From Candidatus Thorarchaeota archaeon (GTDB lineage: Archaea; Asgardarchaeota; Thorarchaeia; Thorarchaeales; Thorarchaeaceae), in assembly GCA_003345545.1 (NCBI GenBank), contig PRDH01000007.1, forward strand, positions 1 to 25,625: a stretch of DNA of 25,625 bases, given 5' to 3'. The notes below the pieces were generated by a model. It was given only the letters and a program-made list of their open reading frames with translations. It was not told the DNA's origin and ran no database searches. Position numbers and translations under genes: made by a program. This document shows positions 15,538-24,184 of the stretch, piece by piece; position 1 is the first letter of the stretch; each line of letters opens with the position of its first letter.

Positions 15538-16845
15538 TTGATACTGGAGAACTATATCGGAAGACTGCAGGAACAAGGCAAGATTACAATAATTAGAAAG
15601 GAGATCTCGAAGAATCTCGAGATTGCGGGAGTCCTAAAAGGCCTAGAGCCAAGACCAGTCTTGTTCGAAAAGGTGAAAGAGAGCGAGTTTCGAGTGGCTG
15701 GAAACCTATTCTGTAACAAGATGCAGATCGCAGACTATTTTGGAATTCAGACAGAACAGATGATACCTTTTCTCACCAAGGCAATTGAGAATCGGAGCCC
15801 GCCCGAGAGCACAGATAAGGCTGCATGCCAAGAAGTGGTTGAAAAGTCCGTCAGTCTAGATAGACTCCCAATCCTGTTTCATAATAAGGTGGATGGCGGG
15901 CCATACATCTCATCCGGTGTTGTTGTTGCTGCAGATCCCGAGTATGGACAGAACCTGGACTTCCATAGGGCTATGCAGATAGGAAAGAACAGAATGGTAA
16001 CCAGAGTTGTCAAAGGGAGAGACTTCCACAAATTCCTGGAGAAGAATGGAGAAGTGGATGTTGCATTCTGTGTCGGAAACACCCCAGAGGTTTTGGTGGC
16101 AGCAGCAACATCTGTGGAAACCGGTACAGATGAATTGGAGATAGCGAATGCCCTTCAGCAGATTAAGGTGGTGAAAGCCAAGACCGTTGATCTGATGATT
16201 CCTGCAGACTCCGAATTCGTACTAGAAGGCAGAGTCGTTCTTGAAGAGAAACACAGTGAGGGGCCATTCATTGACCTCACTGAAACCGTGGATGTCATCA
16301 GGCAAGAACCAGTTTTTGAGGTGAAGAAGATTACTCACAGAAAGACTGCCATCTGGCAAGGTCTGCTTCCGGGGAGATCGGAACACAAGATTCTGATGGG
16401 AATGCCTAGGGAACCAACAATATTCAAGAAGGTGAAGGATAGGGGCATAGATGTTCTGGATGTATACATCACACCAGGTGGAGCAAGTTGGTTACATGTG
16501 GCTATCAAAATAAGGAAGAAGAATGAGGATGACGGGCTGCAGGCCTTGGAGGCAGCTTTCGCGGGTCACAAGAGCGCGAAACACATCTGGGTCTATGACG
16601 AGGACATTGACATATACTCAGACGAAGAGCGAGAGTGGGCAATGGCCACTAGGTTTCAAGCAGATGTTGATTTGCTGATTAAGGACCGCGAAACAGGAAG
16701 TTCACTGGACCCGAGCGCTGAAGTTGGCACGAATCTGACAACTAAGTGTGGGTTTGACTGTACAAAGGTCTTAGACACCAAGGGAAAGAGCTTCGACAAG
16801 GCGAAGTTTCCAGAAGTCGACCTGAGAAAGTATCTAGGTGATTGA
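15538..16845 (+). CDS. UbiD-family prFMN decarboxylase, probable trans-anhydromevalonate 5-phosphate decarboxylase
   Basis: UbiD motifs DGGPYISSG, HRAM, SEFVLEG, EGPFID, EWAMATRFQAD and SSLDPS; lies between mvk and two AcnX subunits. TTG 15538 follows GAGGTGA. Confidence 0.88.
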   Translation: MILENYIGRLQEQGKITIIRKEISKNLEIAGVLKGLEPRPVLFEKVKESEFRVAGNLFCNKMQIADYFGIQTEQMIPFLTKAIENRSPPESTDKAACQEVVEKSVSLDRLPILFHNKVDGGPYISSGVVVAADPEYGQNLDFHRAMQIGKNRMVTRVVKGRDFHKFLEKNGEVDVAFCVGNTPEVLVAAATSVETGTDELEIANALQQIKVVKAKTVDLMIPADSEFVLEGRVVLEEKHSEGPFIDLTETVDVIRQEPVFEVKKITHRKTAIWQGLLPGRSEHKILMGMPREPTIFKKVKDRGIDVLDVYITPGGASWLHVAIKIRKKNEDDGLQALEAAFAGHKSAKHIWVYDEDIDIYSDEEREWAMATRFQADVDLLIKDRETGSSLDPSAEVGTNLTTKCGFDCTKVLDTKGKSFDKAKFPEVDLRKYLGD

Positions 16846-16846
16846 G

Positions 16847-18034
16847 ATGGTCTTACAGCTAGCACCTGAAGAGAAGAAGATGCTTAATGGTGAGTATGGG
16901 AAAGCAGCGCAAAAATCCATGGAAATCATCATAGCACTCGGGGAGATCTATGGTGCCAAACGTCTGATACCGGTATCAAGTGTTCAGATTGCCGGTGTAT
17001 CTTATGACAATCTGGGTGAAGCAGGTCTTGAGTATCTCAGTGAGATGGCTGAGGATGGCCAGACACGTGTGCTCACCACCCTCAATCCTGCGGGTATGGA
17101 CATGGTTGAATGGAAGAAACACGGAATAAGCAGGGACTTCGCCAAGAACCAGCAGAGGGTTGTGGATGCATTTGAGAGAATGGGAGTAGTGACGACATGC
17201 ACCTGTACCCCCTACCTCATTGGAAACCTGCCACACTATGGTGAGCATATTGCATGGGCAGAGTCCTCTGCAGTGTGTTTTGCTAACTCAGTCATAGGTG
17301 CATACACCAATAGAGAGGGTGGGCCGAGTGCACTTGCTGCAGCACTCACAGGAGTGACTGCAGAATACGGTTTCCACCTTGACGAAAACAGAGTCGCACA
17401 GGTCAAGTACGAAATTCAGGCAGAACTGAAGGGAACCAATGACTTTGGTCTCTTGGGGCAGGTCATTGGAAATAGGACGGGAAAAGCAATTCCATACATC
17501 ACTGGAGTGAAAAAAGTGACCACTGAAGAGCTGAAATCTTTCAGTGCGTCTATTGCCACCTATGGCGGCATTGCCATTTTCCATATGGAGGGAATCACGC
17601 CCAATAGGACCACGGTTCCGGAAAAGACCGAGGTTGTGACGAAGAAGGACCTGAGGAGAGCAAAGACCGAGCTAGATGATGACGAGGCAGAAATCGACTT
17701 CATCAGCGTAGGTTGCCCACATGCAAGTATAAAGGAAATTGCAGAGATAGCAAATATGCTCAAGGGAAAGACGGTCGCTGAAGGCAAAACCGTCTGGATT
17801 ACTACAGCTAAGCCCACAAAGGATCTGGCTATCAAGATGGGGTACTACGACCAAATAGAACAGGCAGGAGCATATCTTGTAGCTGATGCTTGTTGTGCAG
17901 TAGCTCCACTAAAAGGTAGATTCAAAGGACTGATGACTGATTCCGCAAAGGCCTGTTTCTATGCTCGAGGCAAGAATAAGTTCAAAACTGAAATACGGAC
18001 TGTTGAGGAATGTATTAGGGAGGCCCTGTCATAG
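16847..18034 (+). CDS. Aconitase X catalytic subunit, probable phosphomevalonate dehydratase large subunit
   Basis: TTLNPAGMD, TCTCTPY, AWAESSAVCFANSVIGAYTNREGGP, GCPHAS, DACCAVAP and TDSAKACFY. Confidence 0.92.
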   Translation: MVLQLAPEEKKMLNGEYGKAAQKSMEIIIALGEIYGAKRLIPVSSVQIAGVSYDNLGEAGLEYLSEMAEDGQTRVLTTLNPAGMDMVEWKKHGISRDFAKNQQRVVDAFERMGVVTTCTCTPYLIGNLPHYGEHIAWAESSAVCFANSVIGAYTNREGGPSALAAALTGVTAEYGFHLDENRVAQVKYEIQAELKGTNDFGLLGQVIGNRTGKAIPYITGVKKVTTEELKSFSASIATYGGIAIFHMEGITPNRTTVPEKTEVVTKKDLRRAKTELDDDEAEIDFISVGCPHASIKEIAEIANMLKGKTVAEGKTVWITTAKPTKDLAIKMGYYDQIEQAGAYLVADACCAVAPLKGRFKGLMTDSAKACFYARGKNKFKTEIRTVEECIREALS

Positions 18035-18420
18035 TGCAAGGACGAAAAATATTCAAGGGACGGGTCGTCGGGGAGGCCCTCGTCACTGGAGAAGACATCT
18101 CATTCTACGGCGGTTGTGACCCCGAAACCGGTGAGATTGTGGAAAAGGGGCACAATCTGGAGGGCAAGTCAATATCAGGAAAAATCCTTGTCTTCCCCTC
18201 TGGAAAGGGATCTACTGTGGGCTCTTATGTCCTCTACGCATTAAAGAGGGCCGAAAAGGCGCCTCTAGCTATAGTGAACAGGATAATGGACCCAATCGTT
18301 GCTGTAGGCTGTATCATTTCGGAGATACCTGCGGTAGACGAGATTGAGATTGAAAAGATTAAGACTGGTCAAAGAATTGAGGTGGACGCCGATAACGGCG
18401 TCGTAACTCCTATCGAGTGA
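18034..18420 (+). CDS. Aconitase X swivel subunit (DUF126), probable phosphomevalonate dehydratase small subunit
   Basis: GEALVT..ISFYGGCDPETG, GKILVFPSGKGSTVGSYV; start codon overlaps the large-subunit stop. Confidence 0.92.
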   Translation: MQGRKIFKGRVVGEALVTGEDISFYGGCDPETGEIVEKGHNLEGKSISGKILVFPSGKGSTVGSYVLYALKRAEKAPLAIVNRIMDPIVAVGCIISEIPAVDEIEIEKIKTGQRIEVDADNGVVTPIE

Positions 18421-18423
18421 GAA

Positions 18424-19059
18424 TCAGAACCGCTGAACTTGAGGCTCGAAGTCCTCTGGAGTGAAAGCCGGTTCACTCTCCTCGGGTATGTCGCCTCTAG
18501 CCTTCAGCACTTGAGTAGTCACAAGATAGTAGACCAATGCGAGTGACTTTCGGCCACGGTTGTTTGTAGGTATCACAAGGTCCACATTTGTAGTCGCGTT
18601 GTCAGTATCACAGAGCGCGATTACTGGTACGCCAATCTTTGCCGCCTCGTTGAGAGCCTGCTGATCTGTGCGTGGATCTGTGAGTATCACGACGTCAGGT
18701 TCTATGTACTGTCTAGGGCCTGCGATTTTGGGATTCGTGAGCGTACCTGGAACGAACCGCTCTGTGAAAGCATGTGCTCCAATATAATGGGCGAAGGTTT
18801 CTACAGGACGTTTACCGTAGACACGACCAGATACTACGACAATCTTTGAGGCGTCGAACCGGGCAAGGAACTTGCCTACTTGTCTAATCCGCTCATCAGT
18901 CTTACGAACATCAAGAACATATAGCCCAATTGGACGTTGCCTATAGACAAAGGGCTCCATGTCCTGCGTCTTGACCTGTGTGCCAATGTGGCACCCTGCG
19001 GCCAAGTACTTGTCCATAGGTGTTAGGAGATCTGAGTCTGGGACTTCTATATCACTCAT
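18424..19059 (-). CDS. rps2: 30S ribosomal protein uS2
   Basis: YLAAGCHIGT, RFVPGTLTNP, DLVIPTNNRGRKSLAL. Confidence 0.97.
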   Translation of the reverse strand: MSDIEVPDSDLLTPMDKYLAAGCHIGTQVKTQDMEPFVYRQRPIGLYVLDVRKTDERIRQVGKFLARFDASKIVVVSGRVYGKRPVETFAHYIGAHAFTERFVPGTLTNPKIAGPRQYIEPDVVILTDPRTDQQALNEAAKIGVPVIALCDTDNATTNVDLVIPTNNRGRKSLALVYYLVTTQVLKARGDIPEESEPAFTPEDFEPQVQRF

Positions 19060-19275
19060 TTACTTTACCTCCGCAGGGGTGACAGTTGAAAATGCCATGA
19101 AACTATCAATAATATCAATGTGGGCAAGCAGCATTCTCCGACAACAGTATCGGTTCAGTCCGAGCTTGTCTAGAACAACTGCGGGATCCTCGCCCTGACG
19201 TACCTCTCGCCTGAACTGTTCGTACTTGTCAGCAACTACTTTGCCGCATGTGAAACATCGTACTGGGATTATCAT
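19060..19275 (-). CDS. rpoN: RNA polymerase subunit N (Rpo10/RPB10)
   Basis: [24 protein letters not shown]. The true start is ATG 19275, internal to the track ORF. Confidence 0.97.
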   Translation of the reverse strand: MIIPVRCFTCGKVVADKYEQFRREVRQGEDPAVVLDKLGLNRYCCRRMLLAHIDIIDSFMAFSTVTPAEVK

Positions 19276-19285
19276 TGAATTCGCC

Positions 19286-19684
19286 TCACCTGTATGATTT
19301 CTGGAATCGCGAGCGAGCTGATGGACCACCGAACTTCTTTGGTTCGGTACGTCTTGGGTCTCCAACGAGCATCGTTCTGTCATGTTCAATCATCTTTGAA
19401 CGGGCCTCGAAGTCTTGACTCATACGAATCAATCCGGTTGCTATCGACATTCTAACAGCGTCCGCCTGGCTCATGAATCCGCCTCCCTGAACTCTCACCT
19501 TGATGTCGTAACGTTTCCAGCCCTCGCCGAAGATAATCAATGGTTCCATGATTCTCATTCGTGCCAGTTCTGGCTGATGGACTTCCAGAGGCATTCCATT
19601 GATCCTCACTCGACCGGCACCATCTCTCAACGTAGCCTTAGCAAGACTTGTCTTCCTTTTGCCTGTGCTCACTACAACCCTCAC
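19286..19684 (-). CDS. rps9: 30S ribosomal protein uS9
   Basis: [47 protein letters not shown] 19684 follows GGAGGTG. Confidence 0.97.
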   Translation of the reverse strand: MRVVVSTGKRKTSLAKATLRDGAGRVRINGMPLEVHQPELARMRIMEPLIIFGEGWKRYDIKVRVQGGGFMSQADAVRMSIATGLIRMSQDFEARSKMIEHDRTMLVGDPRRTEPKKFGGPSARSRFQKSYR

Positions 19685-19685
19685 T

Positions 19686-20138
19686 TCATGCCACCTCCGG
19701 ATTTCTCCAACCAAGTTCGTGGCTCAAATCACTCACTTGAATGTACTTGCTCTTCATGCTCGCATAACGCGACTTTTCGAGCACAATCCTCTCTGCATCC
19801 TGGTACTTCTCTGGGACTCCCATATAGACCTTGACGCGCTTGTAGGCAGCCTTTGCTCTTGGGGTCGGCCATGGGAGCATGCCGCGAATCATTCTTCGAA
19901 CCATCATATCAGGTCTGCGCTCATGAAACGGACCCAGATTATGATTCGTGGCGGTTCGAATATCACGCTTCTCTTTGAACGCTGCAATCAGAGACCTACG
20001 ACCGCCTGTGATAATGGCCTTCTCCGCATTGATAATGACGACATCTTTGCCCATTAGTGCATCCTTTGCAACCCTAGTTCCAAGTCGGCCGATAACCATC
20101 TTCTCAGCATCGTAGACTTTGACATTGTCTGTACTCAT
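19686..20138 (-). CDS. rpl13: 50S ribosomal protein uL13
   Basis: DAEKMVIGRL, VIINAEKAIITG, GPFHERRPD..RGMLP. ATG 20138 follows GGTGA; GTG 20147 is an alternative start. Confidence 0.96.
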   Translation of the reverse strand: MSTDNVKVYDAEKMVIGRLGTRVAKDALMGKDVVIINAEKAIITGGRRSLIAAFKEKRDIRTATNHNLGPFHERRPDMMVRRMIRGMLPWPTPRAKAAYKRVKVYMGVPEKYQDAERIVLEKSRYASMKSKYIQVSDLSHELGWRNPEVA

Positions 20139-20147
20139 TGGGATCAC

Positions 20148-20534
20148 CTACACAATAATCATAATGCCCGTCCCTTTCGGGGCCTGAGTAAGTAATTCGT
20201 CAATTGACATGACCGAACCACCGGCCTCAATTATCGCTGACCTCGCTGTCGAAGACGCATTCAATGCAGCAACTGTTACTTTGTGGGTAATGATGCCGGA
20301 GCCTAGAATTTTTCCGGGCACTACTACAATATCACCAGCGCTAGTGTGACGCTCTATCTTGCCTATGTTCACTGCAGGACGGTGTCTTGCAGGTTGGGCA
20401 ATCATCTCAGCCACGCGCTTCCAAATCCTGACATCGTGTTTCATGGATGTCTTTCTAAGCTCGTTAATCAGTGCGCGTGTATTGGGGTCAGATGGGCCGC
20501 TTCTCACAGATCTCTCCATGTTCTCATACCTCAT
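20148..20534 (-). CDS. rpl18e: 50S ribosomal protein eL18
   Basis: IWKRVAE, VNIGKI, VVVPGKILGSG, IIEAGG. ATGA overlap with the rpoD stop. Confidence 0.95.
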   Translation of the reverse strand: MRYENMERSVRSGPSDPNTRALINELRKTSMKHDVRIWKRVAEMIAQPARHRPAVNIGKIERHTSAGDIVVVPGKILGSGIITHKVTVAALNASSTARSAIIEAGGSVMSIDELLTQAPKGTGIMIIV

Positions 20535-21331
20535 AGTGAATTCGCATAATCTAAAGCTAGTCTGATTCGTTCCTTCAGAATCTCGGCTGCCTTCTCAACA
20601 ATCTCTTCAGGAGGCAATGCTCCCGTGGATTCAACCTTGAACAGAAAACTATCCTTCTTTGAATCGATTGTAATTGCTCCGGGTTCGCAGACCTCAACAC
20701 AGGCCTCACAGAGGCTGCAGTCGAGAGTGTTCTGTGTTGCTAATGTATCACCCTCAATGAGTAGGATGTTCTTGGGGCATACTCTAACACAGTCCCCACA
20801 TTGATTGCATTTCTCCTTGTTCACTTCAACGATTGGCACATACTTATAGGAAACAGTTGAAACGGGCTGGAACTTGGCGTTCTCAACACCCCGTCCAAGA
20901 CGTGCATACGCCTCAATGATAAGATGTTGGTGAGGAGCAAGCTTCACTAGGGGAATATCACCTGATGTAGGAACAACTTTCGGGTCTTGTGATACAAGGT
21001 CGCGGGAATAGACGGTTTCCTCTACATCGCCTGCCTGTTTTTCGAGAGTGAGGGTACATTGGCATAGACTGCAGCCTTTTCCCTCGCAGTCGCATTCCTC
21101 CGGGAGATTATAGCTCCCATAGTCGGTCACTAGAGGAATAAGCCCCATTCTGTGAGCTAACATCTCATCAAACATGACACTGGTATTCTCTAGAACAAGC
21201 ACTTCATCTATCGCCATCGCAGGCAATCTAGTAAGCATGGTTCTCCGGATTGCATTTGCAAAGGCAACATCTACACCTTCGGCTAGGAAATGGATGATGT
21301 TGTCTTGCTTGCGTATTATTGTGATTTCCAT
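20531..21331 (-). CDS. rpoD: RNA polymerase subunit D (Rpo3/RPB3) with Zn loop and ferredoxin-like domain
   Basis: FANAIRR, NTSVMFDEMLAHRMGLIPL, AKFQPV, FKVESTGAL, CDCEGKGCSLC and two CxxCxxCxxxC motifs. Confidence 0.97.
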   Translation of the reverse strand: MEITIIRKQDNIIHFLAEGVDVAFANAIRRTMLTRLPAMAIDEVLVLENTSVMFDEMLAHRMGLIPLVTDYGSYNLPEECDCEGKGCSLCQCTLTLEKQAGDVEETVYSRDLVSQDPKVVPTSGDIPLVKLAPHQHLIIEAYARLGRGVENAKFQPVSTVSYKYVPIVEVNKEKCNQCGDCVRVCPKNILLIEGDTLATQNTLDCSLCEACVEVCEPGAITIDSKKDSFLFKVESTGALPPEEIVEKAAEILKERIRLALDYANSL

Positions 21332-21463
21332 TGACTCACCTTACTGCGGAGGTTTATCCAATACCCAAAAGACATGTTCTTCCCGGATGGACTCGCTAGT
21401 GGTCACGTTCAACCAGATAGCTCATACGCCCATGCCTTGGGCGCGTTCGTCTGCTGGCCTCGT

Positions 21464-21471
21464 ACATAAAA
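21464..21471 (-). promoter_or_regulatory. Candidate TATA box of the rpoD operon
   Basis: TTTTATGT on the minus strand about 130 nt upstream of the rpoD ATG, followed about 20 nt later by a GC-rich hairpin. Confidence 0.45.
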
Positions 21472-21534
21472 GGCTTGTCCTAAGGCGATGAAACGAAGAG
21501 CCCTGTGCTCAAGTGAACACAATGTCACGGTCTA

Positions 21535-22032
21535 TCACGCCGCAACCTGAACCATGTCTCTCAGTCCGTTGACAATCAGCTTGTATCCGTTTAGGCGTTC
21601 TCTTGGATCAACTGCAACCATGCCATAGGTCGGAACGCCTAGGAGATCCTGGACTGATTCAGGTCTCATAGAGCCTGGCAGGTCCTGCTTGTTTGCAACT
21701 GCAATGACCTTCATTCCAGCAAGCTCGTTCTTATATTTCTCCAAAAGCTGACGGGTCTTGAGCACAGCCTTTGGGTTACTCTCAGTGACAACTACAACCA
21801 TTGTACTGCCTTTCATGAAGTCAGGCCAGAGAAACTCAAAATGAGCCTGACCACCCATCTCAACCAGAGAGACCTTTGTGGTGGCATCAATTGTGATTGT
21901 CCCGCAGTTCATACCCGGAGTTGGCTGGTAGTTGCACTGAAGCTTTGGTGCCTTGTCTGTTAGGAGCTTGATTAGAGTCGATTTACCTGCATAGCCTGAT
22001 CCCATCAGCGCAACCTTGACATATTCGGTCAT
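21535..22032 (-). CDS. Ras-superfamily small GTPase, Arf-like
   Basis: G1 GSGYAGKST, G2 QPTPG, G3 EMGGQ, FLWPDF, G4 ANKQDLP; 165 aa from ATG 22032. Confidence 0.9.
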   Translation of the reverse strand: MTEYVKVALMGSGYAGKSTLIKLLTDKAPKLQCNYQPTPGMNCGTITIDATTKVSLVEMGGQAHFEFLWPDFMKGSTMVVVVTESNPKAVLKTRQLLEKYKNELAGMKVIAVANKQDLPGSMRPESVQDLLGVPTYGMVAVDPRERLNGYKLIVNGLRDMVQVAA

Positions 22033-22218
22033 GACAGTTGAACTCCGAGATTGAAACGGTTGGACGGTGTATAGGTTGGTGTATTTCGCAGGTAACACTC
22101 ATCAATCGGGCACGTCGAGCCGTCTAAGCTCTACATAAGAATACTACAGGAATCAGTTGTCTAGAGCTATAGAAGCCCTTAACAAGATAACACGCCTCGC
22201 AAGGCCAGAGCTGATTGA

Positions 22219-23211
22219 ATGTCCTGTGACGGGCCGGCGACAATTGCAATTGGTGAAGGCGCCCTAGTGGAACTCAGAAGAATAATGAGGGCATATTCGA
22301 ACCCGCTCTGCGTTTCGGATGAACCAATTCATTCGCAATATTCAGCCTATCTTGAGAAGGCTACGCGGCAGACCTTTAGATGGTTGATGGCGAGCTCCTA
22401 TTCTCAAAGCTCGTTTAAGAACTTCGAAGGCGTAGATATTGTCATCGGGTTCGGAGGGGGTACAAGTATTGATGTTGCAAAACTCATCGCAGGAAAAACA
22501 GGCCTGAATTGGATTTCTGTACCCACTGCTGCCTCTCATGATGGTATAGCAAGTGAGGTTGCATCTGTGAGTCATGACGGGTACAAATACTCGGAGAGAT
22601 GCAAGGGGCCCCTTGCTGTCATTGCGGACATCTCGATAATCTCTAAGGCACCGCCAAGACTGAAGTTGGCCGGCCTTGGTGATATCATATGCAAGACATC
22701 CAGCCTTGCAGAATGGAAGCTAGCACGTGAAGAGAAGAATGAGCCTTTTGACGAGCATGCCTATTCAATTGTTGAGAATGCCCTCAATGCAGTGTTGAAA
22801 GATGACAGCATAGAAAGTCTAATTCGAGCAGAGATCGATGCAGGCAAGGCTATGACTGTTTTCGGCAGCTCGCGACCGTGTTCTGGTACTGAACATGCAA
22901 TCTCGCATGCAATGGATCGAACATCCAGAGAGCTCCACGGCCTTCAGGTTGCATTTGCAACACCGATATGTCTGCACTATCTTGCGGAGGCAGGGTATGC
23001 AAAACATAGCCCGAATGAAATTCTTGAGTTCATGTCAGCCCGACATATGCCCACGACATTCCAAGAGATCGGGAGCACGCAGATCACGTTCTTGGATGAT
23101 ATTCATCATGCTATTAAAATCATGAAGAAAAGGGACCGGTATTCGGTCTTGGAACACCTCCATGTCGATGACTCTGATCTATCAAGTTCATTACTGGACC
23201 TAGGTTATTGA
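22219..23211 (+). CDS. egsA: Glycerol-1-phosphate dehydrogenase [NAD(P)+]
   Basis: GFGGGTSIDVAK, SVPTAASHDGIAS, AGLGDI, SSRPCSGTEHAISHA, LHGLQV. Confidence 0.92.
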   Translation: MSCDGPATIAIGEGALVELRRIMRAYSNPLCVSDEPIHSQYSAYLEKATRQTFRWLMASSYSQSSFKNFEGVDIVIGFGGGTSIDVAKLIAGKTGLNWISVPTAASHDGIASEVASVSHDGYKYSERCKGPLAVIADISIISKAPPRLKLAGLGDIICKTSSLAEWKLAREEKNEPFDEHAYSIVENALNAVLKDDSIESLIRAEIDAGKAMTVFGSSRPCSGTEHAISHAMDRTSRELHGLQVAFATPICLHYLAEAGYAKHSPNEILEFMSARHMPTTFQEIGSTQITFLDDIHHAIKIMKKRDRYSVLEHLHVDDSDLSSSLLDLGY

Positions 23212-23222
23212 TGGTTCGACAG

Positions 23223-23230
23223 TTTTAAAA
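23223..23230 (+). promoter_or_regulatory. TATA box of the rpl7ae operon
   Basis: TTTTAAAA about 80 nt upstream of the rpl7ae start, leaving room for a structured leader. Confidence 0.6.
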
Positions 23231-23283
23231 GAAGTCAACGAAACCACGCAGTGGAGCCTGATTTTCATAGAACAGGCACAGTA

Positions 23284-23309
23284 TACCGATGAAGAGATAA
23301 ACCGAGGTA
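23284..23309 (+). promoter_or_regulatory. Kink-turn in the rpl7ae 5' UTR (probable L7Ae autoregulatory element)
   Basis: TACC-GAT-GA...GA-GGTA gives a 4-bp C stem, 3-nt bulge and tandem G.A/A.G pairs. The 3' strand contains the GAGGT RBS. Confidence 0.75.
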
Positions 23310-23310
23310 A

Positions 23311-23688
23311 ATGGCAATGCCAAAACCAAGTTTTGTAGAATGGGAGCCCACCGAGGAACTTCAGAAGAAGGCCCTTGAGGCTCTTGAGATAGCTAAGGAC
23401 ACAGGTAGAATCAAGAAGGGAATCAACGAAGCAACAAAGAGTATCGAACGTGGAATTGCACGACTGGTTCTCATTGCGGAAGACGTTGAGCCACCCGAGA
23501 TCATCATGTATCTTCCTGGTCTCTGTGACGATAAGAAAGCCCCCTACATCTTTGTGAAGACCAAGGCAGATCTTGGTAAGGCAGCCGGAATTGAAAGACC
23601 TACTGCCGCTATTGCAATCATAGTAGACGGCAAAGCGAAGGCACTCGTAGATGATATAATCGAGAAGATTAACGGCCTCCGAAAGTAG
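23311..23688 (+). CDS. rpl7ae: 50S ribosomal protein L7Ae (eL8)
   Basis: [35 protein letters not shown]. The start may be ATG 23317. Confidence 0.97.
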   Translation: MAMPKPSFVEWEPTEELQKKALEALEIAKDTGRIKKGINEATKSIERGIARLVLIAEDVEPPEIIMYLPGLCDDKKAPYIFVKTKADLGKAAGIERPTAAIAIIVDGKAKALVDDIIEKINGLRK

Positions 23689-23707
23689 ATTCAGGGGATG
23701 GCTTTCG

Positions 23708-23932
23708 ATGAGTAAAGAAGAAGAAGTGACTCAATCAATTCCTGCAGAAATCATCCAGCTTCTTGGACGAACTGGTGTGACTGGAGAAATCACTCAGGTA
23801 CGTGTCAAGATATTGGATGGCAGGGATAAGGGAAGAGTCCTAACTCGAAATGTCAAAGGGCCCGTAAGAGAGGGTGACATTCTCATTCTGAGGGAAACAG
23901 AACGCGAAGCCCGAAAAATGAGGAGGCGCTAA
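23708..23932 (+). CDS. rps28e: 30S ribosomal protein eS28
   Basis: [37 protein letters not shown]. Confidence 0.97.
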   Translation: MSKEEEVTQSIPAEIIQLLGRTGVTGEITQVRVKILDGRDKGRVLTRNVKGPVREGDILILRETEREARKMRRR

Positions 23933-23933
23933 G

Positions 23934-24131
23934 ATGGTCGGAACACAGCGATGTAGCTTCTGTGGAAAAGACATAGAGCCTGGAAAAGGAATAGCCTTCG
24001 TACAGACCAAGGACGGGTCTGTCTCTTGGTTCTGTTCCAATAAGTGCAAAGTCAACAGGATTTCGCGTGGTTTCAAACCCAAAGATACAAAGTGGACCGC
24101 GGGATATGAAAAGGGCGGCAGAGTGTCATAG
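23934..24131 (+). CDS. rpl24e: 50S ribosomal protein eL24
   Basis: CSFCGKDIEPGKG..FCSNKC..KWT. Confidence 0.96.
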   Translation: MVGTQRCSFCGKDIEPGKGIAFVQTKDGSVSWFCSNKCKVNRISRGFKPKDTKWTAGYEKGGRVS

Positions 24132-24154
24132 TAGATATATTTCTGAAGACATGG

Positions 24155-24183
24155 AACCAAAGGTGGCTCTGCCACCTTTGGTT
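24155..24183. terminator. Perfect 13-bp inverted repeat between convergent rpl24e and ndk
   Basis: AACCAAAGGTGGC-TCT-GCCACCTTTGGTT. Confidence 0.65.
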
Positions 24184-24184
24184 T

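Noticed and set aside
21340-21411. 23-codon TTG-started ORF upstream of rpoD (minus strand)
   Set aside because: No RBS or recognisable motif; the region is better explained as a structured leader.
21535-21550. Prenylation signal on the small GTPase
   Set aside because: The C-terminus is QVAA with no Cys, so there is no CaaX motif.
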